A DNA stretch of 64,000 nt from an uncultured Planctomycetota bacterium (GTDB lineage Bacteria; Planctomycetota; Planctomycetia; Gemmatales; Gemmataceae). Every line of letters begins with the position of its first letter. Within the stretch, counting starts at the first letter, position 1. Shown here piece after piece: positions 57,177 to 64,000 of this stretch. Position numbers and translations under genes: made by a program. The stretch is from NCBI GenBank assembly GCA_963849325.1, contig CAWKHF010000005.1:512001-576000 (forward strand), given 5' to 3'. Below the pieces are notes generated by a model, which was not told where the DNA came from, searched no databases, and saw nothing but the letters and a program-made list of their open reading frames with translations.

Positions 57177-57238
57177 TTTGTCCAATCGATACATTTTATC
57201 TATTAACTGATTGCATTGGACAAAGACGGTTGTATGAT
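57177..57238 (+). promoter_or_regulatory. Sigma-70-like promoter overlapped by a 10-bp inverted repeat
   Basis: TTGCAT-N16-TATGAT (57211-57238); TTTGTCCAAT (57177-57186) and ATTGGACAAA (57215-57224) flank an AT-rich 28-nt core. Confidence 0.55.
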
Positions 57239-57374
57239 AGTCGTTAGTTGGTTGGCCGGCGGAGTGGGGGTTGGTCGCCCGAGATAGGCGGACGGGGCCG
57301 ACGAAACAGAGAAAGGTTAACCCAGCGGCGGATACAAACAATCCCAGAAGGTACTTGCAAGGGGAGACGACGAC

Positions 57375-57755
57375 ATGCCACGAGGTAGGCCGAACGGAGA
57401 TCAAGGGACCGACCCCAAGAAGAACAAAATGGAGGCCGTGCGGCGCGCCATGGATAGCCTGGGTTATGAGGCCCAGCCGCTGGAAATCCAGAAGTTCGTC
57501 AAGGACAACTTCGATCAGGACATGACCGCCAACATGGTGTCCTCATACAAGAGCAGCTTGCGGCGGAAAGCAGGCATGAAGGGACGGCGGAAAAAACGCG
57601 GTCGGCCGCGCAAGGCCGAAGGCGCGCCGGTCGCCGCCGCTCCCGCCACCATCTCCCACGACGTTGTGCCCTGGAAAGACCTTCGCACCATCAAGGACAT
57701 CGCCGGACGCATCGGCAAGAAGAACCTGCGCGATTTGGTGGAATGGCTGGATTGA
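57375..57755 (+). CDS. Small basic DNA-binding-like protein with AT-hook motifs
   Basis: GGGGAG RBS; MPRGRP and KKRGRPRK; helical N-terminal domain. Confidence 0.75.
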   Translation: MPRGRPNGDQGTDPKKNKMEAVRRAMDSLGYEAQPLEIQKFVKDNFDQDMTANMVSSYKSSLRRKAGMKGRRKKRGRPRKAEGAPVAAAPATISHDVVPWKDLRTIKDIAGRIGKKNLRDLVEWLD

Positions 57756-58166
57756 CCGAAGGGCCGAGATGGTCCTGGAAGTCGGCCGGGGCGGCGGAGG
57801 GGTGCGTTTGATCGGTCCTCGCGGAGGAGGCCGACCTCGTCTGCCCGTTCTCCCGCCCCGGCCGAGTGTATCCCCGGGAGCCGGGCGCGAAGGCCCGGCT
57901 CCCGGTCCGACATGAGTTCCACTGTGAAGCGCTCGCCGGAGTGGCCGACCCAGAAACCACTTGGCCCAGCGAGCTGATTGCCTCTACCCAGGAGGGCGGG
58001 TAGTGCTGGCATTCCCGCAAACCCCAGCACACAGCAGAACTCGGCTGTTGCTCACTTCGTTCGCCTCGCAGTCGTGTGTAACTGACGAGAGGGCGTATAA
58101 CGTCTAGCGCCCGTTTTGGGAAGAGCAATTTCCGGTTGCTAAGGAGCCGTCCAACAACAAGTTCCC

Positions 58167-58233
58167 CGTTTCGCCGCGACGCGCAGCGGAGCGCGGGAGC
58201 ACTCCCGCGCTCCCTGCGCGTCGCGGCGAAACG
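58167..58233. repeat. Family A palindrome
   Basis: CGTTTCGCCGCGACGCGCAGCGGAGCGCGGGAG-CA-CTCCCGCGCTCCCTGCGCGTCGCGGCGAAACG. Confidence 0.85.
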
Positions 58234-58277
58234 AAGTTATTTGTGGACGCGACCTAACTAACGGAAAAAGCCCTTCG

Positions 58278-58342
58278 GAGCCCGCAGCGTAAGCGAGGGA
58301 AAGGGCTTGGCATGCCACAACCCTCGCTCACGCTGCGGGCTC
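58278..58342. repeat. Family D palindrome directly after the LysM gene stop
   Basis: GAGCCCGCAGCGTAAGCGAGGG...CCCTCGCTCACGCTGCGGGCTC. Confidence 0.85.
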
Positions 58343-58343
58343 T

Positions 58344-60029
58344 TTAGCGTTGCGTCGCTGGCATGACCGCGGCAGGTGGCGAGCCAGCCGGAGGCACGAA
58401 TGACGCCGGCACCATTGGCAACGTCGCCGGCGATTGCGGTTTCACGATGGCGTCGCCGTAGCGCTGCTCCAGAATGTCGGCCGGGGGGATAAAGATTTTT
58501 TCGCCCGGTGTGATGGTGCCGCCGTTGGCCATCTGCGTACTGGCGCGGGCGTGACGACGATTGTGTCGCTGCAACGCCTTGGCGAACGCCTCGCTCATAT
58601 AGAAGTGCCCGCTGATCTTTTCAAACGTGTCGCCGGGCTGGCACACGTACTCCTGTTCGTCATAGACGATGACCTGCGGATTGGAGAGGGTCGCCGGCCG
58701 CGCCGTTGCCGACGCGCCGGCGGACGCCACGGGCTTGTCGCGCCCCGAGGACGAGGAAGACGCACTGCCGGTCGATAGCGAATCCGGCAGCGCTGGATAC
58801 GGCAGCGGCGGCGCGGGAGTTGTCCCCGCCGATCCGGACTTGTCGCGCGGCGTTGTTCCGCTCGCTGGATTGGCGGAAGTATGCGGATCGGGAATGAAAA
58901 AACTGTTGCCAGCGGGCGGTTTGGGATCCGACGAGGGTGAAGCCGGTGGAGGGGCGGAAGGGGCCGGCTTGCTTTCCGGCGGCGTTCCCACGATCGGAGC
59001 GAATGCGGGAGCCAGATTGTTGTTTGCCTTATTCTGGGCAGGCGGCGGCTCCGGCTTGGGCGGGGCGGATGTCGCCGAGCCTACGAGTCCAGGGCCGACG
59101 GCCATTGGCCCGGATGTTGAGGGAGAAGGTGCCGCACCCGTCAGAGGCGACGAAGGCGGGGGCGCGGGCGGTGTGGACGAGACGGATGGAGGATCGAATG
59201 TTGTAAAGCGAGGGCCACCCGTGGCCGTTAGCGGCGGCGCCGGAGTCGGTGGCGTCGCGGCGGCTTTCTCGGTCGGAGATGTCTTGGGGGGCTCCGGTGA
59301 GGTCGGCGCAGCGGCAGCCGGCGCGGTCGGTTTCGTGGCTTGCCCCGGCCCAAACAGCAACGACGGCGCGGGAGTGGCCTTCTCCCCGCCGGTGCTGGCC
59401 GGAGGAGGACCGTCTCGTCCGGAGGTGCCGCCCGAGACGGGAATGATCAGGGATGGGTTTACCGTCTTCGTGGATGGCCCAGCGGCGGGCGTCGGGCCAC
59501 CCGAGTTGGGCGATGTCATGGGACCGATACCCGGTGGGGCAGAAGTGGTCGCCGCCTTCCCTCCGGAAGTAGGGGGATCTTCTTTTTTTGGCGTGTCTAG
59601 CTTCTGCGTCTTCGTCTCAAGAGTCGATGCCGGAGCGGAGTCCCTGCCATCAAAGGAGAGGAAGCCGCCGGGCTCGACAGACGGTGGCGTCCGGGGAGGC
59701 TCCGGCGATTCGGTACTTCTCGAAGCGGTCGGGGGCGTCTCCTTGCCGGAATTAGATTCCGGCGTCTTTCTGTTGTTGCCCTCCCTAGGAGGCGGAGGTG
59801 TGTCCGAAGAGGATCGTTGGATTCCACTCCGGGTCAGCGCCTGTTCCGTCGTGCGACGTAGTGGCGGCGCGGCGGAGGACGCCTTGGATGAGGCTCCGTC
59901 CGCGTCCGCCGTCGTCGCATTCGCCGCCTTGGGGGCCGGCTGGTTCTGCATTTTCAGTCCAATCACGGCCCCGGTCAGGCACAGAAACGTACACGTGACC
60001 GCCACGCCGATTTTGTGCTCGCGTGTCAT
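58344..60029 (-). CDS. Membrane-anchored Pro/Ser/Thr-rich protein with C-terminal LysM domain
   Basis: GAGGAGG RBS; N-terminal TM (MTREHKIGVAV...), long disordered linker, EYVCQPGDTFEKISGHFY...ALQRHN...ITPGEKIFIP. Confidence 0.82.
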   Translation of the reverse strand: MTREHKIGVAVTCTFLCLTGAVIGLKMQNQPAPKAANATTADADGASSKASSAAPPLRRTTEQALTRSGIQRSSSDTPPPPREGNNRKTPESNSGKETPPTASRSTESPEPPRTPPSVEPGGFLSFDGRDSAPASTLETKTQKLDTPKKEDPPTSGGKAATTSAPPGIGPMTSPNSGGPTPAAGPSTKTVNPSLIIPVSGGTSGRDGPPPASTGGEKATPAPSLLFGPGQATKPTAPAAAAPTSPEPPKTSPTEKAAATPPTPAPPLTATGGPRFTTFDPPSVSSTPPAPPPSSPLTGAAPSPSTSGPMAVGPGLVGSATSAPPKPEPPPAQNKANNNLAPAFAPIVGTPPESKPAPSAPPPASPSSDPKPPAGNSFFIPDPHTSANPASGTTPRDKSGSAGTTPAPPLPYPALPDSLSTGSASSSSSGRDKPVASAGASATARPATLSNPQVIVYDEQEYVCQPGDTFEKISGHFYMSEAFAKALQRHNRRHARASTQMANGGTITPGEKIFIPPADILEQRYGDAIVKPQSPATLPMVPASFVPPAGSPPAAVMPATQR

Positions 60030-60130
60030 CCGCGTCCTCCTCTCGGACGATGGGTTGCACGAATCAAGAATCCCCCGCCGGCGGACATGGTTCCGTACAT
60101 GCCGGCCAACGGGGGATCGAAAGGGCGAAC

Positions 60131-60206
60131 TGTTTTCCCGACAAGCCCGGAGCGCCAGCGACGGGTTCTCACCCGTCGCTGGCGCTCCGGGCTTGTCGGG
60201 AAAACA
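60131..60206. repeat. Perfect 36-bp-stem palindrome between the two LysM genes
   Basis: TGTTTTCCCGACAAGCCCGGAGCGCCAGCGACGGGT-TCTC-exact reverse complement. Confidence 0.92.
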
Positions 60207-60209
60207 CGG

Positions 60210-61753
60210 TCACTCCTGTTCGGCCGTCGTCGTCGGACGGCTGGCGGCGGCGCTCTTCTGCTGCGTGTACTGACGCCAGCGCGCGGCGTCCCAGACCTCA
60301 AAGTGATCGTCAATGCCGACCAGCACCAGTTCCTGATGCAGTCCGGCGAACTGGGCCAACCGATCCGGGAGCGTGACCCGGCCGTCGGTGTTGACCGACA
60401 GCTTCTCCGTCTGGGCGAAGTACAGGCGTTTGAAGACGCGCACGTCGACTTCGTTGGCCTGCGACTGCTCCAGACGTTCGCCGAGGCGTTCCAGGTGCGG
60501 CTGGTTGGTCAGCCACAGGCACTTGTCCGGGCCGGGCGAGACCAGGACGGTATCGCTGCCGGATAGCTGATCGCGGATGGTGCGCGGCAAAGTGAGCTGG
60601 TTTTTCTCATCGAGGCTGCACTGGTAGGTGCCGGTCAGCGGCAGCACGCGGGCCTTGGGCGGCGCCGGCTTGGGCCGCAGCGCCGGCAGCGGCTTGACCG
60701 GCTCGGCCTCATCGCCCTGCATGCAGGCGTCGCCGGGCAGCCGAACCGTCGTGCCGGCGCCGAGCGGCGCATCCGGTTTCAGCGTGGGATTGAGCTTGTG
60801 GATGTCGGTCCAGCGCTCCGTGCTGCCGAGCGTGCGGCGCACGATGTCCTGCAACGTCTCGGAGCCGTGGACATGGTACAGCTGCACGGGTCCGGGCGCC
60901 GGGGCCAGCGGTGGCTCACCGGGCTGCGGCTTGCCCTCGTGGTCCACGCCGGGCGCGGCGCTGGCGCCAGCGGCCGTTGTCGTGGCATAGGACGTCGGAG
61001 CCACCTTGTCGGGATTGCTCGATGGCGGCGGTCCATCGAAAGGCATGAACGAGGAGGGTTTCGCCTCGGCCGGTTTCTCCGACGGCGGCCGAGGGTTAGA
61101 CCAGGCCGGTGGCATCGACGTGGACGGCGGCAATACCTTACTCGGCTTCGACTTGTCTGGGGTCATTGGAGGGGGTGCAGAAGAAGGCGCGAAAGCAGGG
61201 AAGCTGGGCGGGGTCCCAGCCGCCGGTGTGCTCGCCGACATCTTCCGATCTTCGTCCTTCTTCTGTCCCGCCTTCGCAGTTGTCTCTTCCTTCTTCGATG
61301 TAGGCGGCGCGGGCGTGTTGGGATTGAACGATACCGGCTGCACGGGGGGGATAGGCGGCAGTGGCGGAGTTGCGTTGGGCTTGGCGAGAGGTTCCGCCAT
61401 CGTGGGCATGCCGAGCAGGACCTTCGGCTCGGGCGCGTCTTTTTCGCCGTGGGTTTCTCTTTCGACTTGGCAGCCGCCGTCTTGGTATCGATCACCGGCG
61501 GCAGCACCTTCTCCGGCGTGGCCGAGTGCAGACCGAGGCTCCAGTCATTGACGGGTGTTCCTTTGTCCTTGCTCGTCTTGGGCGGGGGCGATGGTTCCTT
61601 GTCTTCCTTGCTCGAAGGCGGCATCTCGAACGGCTTGTCCGCCTGAGCGACGGCCTTGTTGCCGTCGTGGAGTTTGCAAGCGAGGACCAGGCCGAACAGG
61701 CAGATCAATCCGCCCAGGGCCATCCATGCGTACTGGGTCTTGCGGGTAAGCAT
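60210..61753 (-). CDS. TM + Pro-rich linker + LysM + MraZ fusion protein (~514 aa after correcting one indel at 61440-61444)
   Basis: N-terminal TM in frame 61163..61753; frame 60210..61409 has LysM (LYHVHGSETLQDIVRRTLGSTERWTDIHKLNP...LGAGTTVRLP) followed in-frame by MraZ (LTGTYQCSLDEKNQLTLP...DKCLWL...GRVTLP...LVGIDDHFEVWD). Confidence 0.85.
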
Positions 61754-61844
61754 CCTTGCTCCTCTTGTGAAGGCGAGCGGCCTGTTTTCGCGTCAGGCCG
61801 CACGCCGGATCTCCTGGGTCATCGCTATCCGGGTCCGGCCGCGT

Positions 61845-62775
61845 TCAGCGCGGATCTCGGCCGGCTTCCGGCAGCGCCGCCCGCAGCTTGGCGCTGCGGG
61901 CGCGCGGATTGTTCTTCATTTCGTCCTCGCCGGCCTGCACCGGCTTGCGCATCAGCGCCTCCCACACCGAGCGCTCGCGGAACGCCTGTTTGACCAGGCG
62001 ATCCTCCAGCGAATGAAAACTGATGAGGACGACTCGTCCTCCCGGCCGCACGCGCGCCGGCAACACCTTCAGTAAGCGCTCCAGCTCGTCCAGCTCGTCG
62101 TTGACGGCGATGCGGAGCGCCTGGAAGACGCGAGTGGCCGGATCGATGATCGGCCGTCGCCGTTTCGCCGAGCGCGGCGGCCGCGGTACACAGCGGCGCA
62201 CGAGGTCGGCCAACTCCTCGGTGGTCTCTAGCGGCTGACGGCGCCGCGCTTCGACAATCCGCCGCGCAATGCGCCGGCTGAAGCGCTCTTCGCCGTCAGC
62301 GCCAGATCAGGTCGGCGAGGTCGCGTTCGTTGAGGCGACGCAGCAGGGCGGCGGCCGGCTCGCCTTCCGTCGGGTCCAGCCGCATGTCCAACGGACCCGG
62401 CTGGGTGAAGCTCAAACCGCGACCGGCCTCGTCCAGCTGGTCCGAGCAGATGCCCAGGTCGGCCAGTACGCCATCGACGGCGGCAACGCCCAGTTCCTCA
62501 AGGACTTCGTCCAGCCGCGAGAACGGGGCGTGAATCCGCGTCACCGGCAGGTCCGCCAAGCGAGGGCGGGCCAACTCCAACATGCTCGCATCGCGGTCCA
62601 GTGCGATGAGCCGGCCGTCCGGTCCCAACTGCTCGGCGATCAGGCGAGCGTGACCGCCGGCGCCGACGGTGGCATCGACGAATACCTGGCCCGGCTCGGG
62701 CGCCAGTGCCGCCAGCACCTCGACCGGCAGGACCGACACGTGGCGCGGCGAGGCGCCGGAAACAGAATCACTCAT
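61845..62775 (-). CDS. rsmH: 16S rRNA m4C1402 methyltransferase RsmH (MraW); frameshifted
   Basis: HVSVL, VDATVGAGGH, ADLGICSDQLD, GPLDMRL, PATRVFQALRIAVNDEL, ISFHSLEDRLVK, NPRARSAKLR. Confidence 0.96.
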
Positions 62776-63124
62776 GAGGCACATCGAGATAAGACGCGAA
62801 GGGTAGGCAACGTGAGGGCTTCTTCTCCGTGCTCGCGCCCGTCTCCGGGAGCAAGAAGACTATACCCATTTCGGGCCGCGAATCAAGGCGAAGGACTTAC
62901 GACCGAAAATGCACCCTGTTCGGAAGGGCTGGGCTAACGAAAAAACACCAGACCCCAAACCATTCGCGCACCCCGCCCCGCCTTGAAGATGCGGCGAGTT
63001 GACGCTGCTGCGCCGGAGGGCGATGACTATAATGGCGAGGCTGGTCCGCCGCGTGTACGGATGCGCACCGCGAGAGGGCGGATCGGCCGTTTCCCTCTCG
63101 GAACTCGGCCAAGGGAGTATTCGC

Positions 63125-63967
63125 ATGTCGGCCCCCGTCAAGACGAGCAACGGTAGCGGTCTCACGCCCACCAATGAGCTACGCCAGGTAACCGTGCCCG
63201 ACTTCGTCGCCGCCAAGGCACGGGGGCATCGGCTGACCATGCTGACCGCTTACGACTACACCACGGCCCGGCTGCTCGACGACGCCGGCGTCGATAGTAT
63301 TCTGGTCGGCGATTCGCTGGGCATGGTCGTGCAGGGCCAACCCGATTCGCTGGGCGTCACTCTCGACGAGATGGTCTACCATACGCGCTTGGCGGCCCGC
63401 GGCGTGCGCCGCAGTCTGCTAGTGGCCGACCTGCCGTTCATGAGTTACCAGGTTAGTCCGCAGCAGGCGCTGGAGAGCGCCGGCCGACTCCTCAAGGAGG
63501 GCGGAGCGCACGCGGTCAAGCTGGAGGGCGGCGTTCGCAGCGCCGCCGCCATCGCCGCCGTCACCGCCGCCGAGATCCCGCTCATGGGCCACATCGGCCT
63601 GACGCCGCAGTCGGTTCGCCGCCTGGGCGGCTTCAAGGTGCAGCGCGACGCCGAGCGCCTGCTGGAGGATGCGTTGGCCGTCGAGGCCGCCGGCGCCTTC
63701 GCCGTCGTCGTCGAGTGCGTGCCGACCGACGTGGCCGAGCGCATCACCGCCGCGCTGAAGGTTCCGACCATTGGCATCGGCGCCGGCCCGGCCTGCGATG
63801 GCCAAATCCTCGTCACGCCCGACCTGCTCGGCCTGTTCGACGATCTGCGGCCGCGCTTCGTCAAGAACTACGCCGATCTCGGCCAGGCCGTTCGCCAGGC
63901 CGTCGAGAGCTATTGCCGCGAAGTACGCGACGGCGCCTTTCCCGGACCCGAACACAGCTTTCGCTGA
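63125..63967 (+). CDS. panB: 3-methyl-2-oxobutanoate hydroxymethyltransferase
   Basis: MLTAYD, ILVGDSLG, ADLPFMSY, VKLEGG, GHIGLTPQS, TIGIGAG, DGQILV. Confidence 0.97.
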   Translation: MSAPVKTSNGSGLTPTNELRQVTVPDFVAAKARGHRLTMLTAYDYTTARLLDDAGVDSILVGDSLGMVVQGQPDSLGVTLDEMVYHTRLAARGVRRSLLVADLPFMSYQVSPQQALESAGRLLKEGGAHAVKLEGGVRSAAAIAAVTAAEIPLMGHIGLTPQSVRRLGGFKVQRDAERLLEDALAVEAAGAFAVVVECVPTDVAERITAALKVPTIGIGAGPACDGQILVTPDLLGLFDDLRPRFVKNYADLGQAVRQAVESYCREVRDGAFPGPEHSFR

Positions 63968-64000
63968 AGAAGAAGAAAATCACCACGGAAAACACGGAAA

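Noticed and set aside
57760-58160. Possible structured ncRNA in the long intergenic region
   Set aside because: No family motif is recognisable by eye; an Infernal/Rfam search would be needed.
58669-60273. Long plus-strand ORFs such as 58669..60273, 14236..16353, 39194..40885 and 23758..25566
   Set aside because: These are antisense shadows of well-supported minus-strand genes, expected in high-GC DNA.
62776-63124. Canonical mraZ or MraZ-box repeats upstream of rsmH
   Set aside because: No MraZ-like ORF and no regularly spaced GTGGG-type repeats are visible.

Overview
High-GC bacterial DNA with a Planctomycetota (Gemmataceae-like) gene repertoire; this taxonomy is inferred from gene families, not a database search. 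Many genes are split by single-base frameshifts, often at homopolymers. These look like uncorrected long-read indels, so coordinates of split genes are approximate. Positions 1-27.6 kb hold a minus-strand exosortase/PEP-CTERM and surface-polysaccharide locus: exosortase, Wzc, EpsI, O-antigen ligase/polymerase, Wzm/Wzt, seven GT2/GT4-type glycosyltransferases, a priming sugar transferase, an unknown His-rich hydrolase, a GT39/ArnT-like enzyme, a VPEP-CTERM substrate, a TPR protein and a Wza-like exporter, with two sigma-54-type promoter motifs. Positions 28-57 kb are metabolic and accessory: O-methyltransferase, ptsP, oxidoreductases, serine hydrolases, galK, tandem Uma2 genes, c-type cytochromes, toxin-antitoxin remnants, an AbiEii-like pair, a large PVC-type heme/copper protein, a RelE-like + Shedu-nuclease islet, aldolase, ArnT and hemD. 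Positions 57-64 kb carry an AT-hook protein, a rearranged dcw remnant and panB. The most striking observation is in that remnant: rsmH is followed by a membrane-anchored, Pro-rich LysM-MraZ fusion whose DXXXR DNA-binding motifs are both altered, then by a second membrane-anchored LysM protein. Several palindromic and short tandem repeat families sit at gene junctions, some in-frame inside genes. No rRNA, tRNA or CRISPR array was seen.
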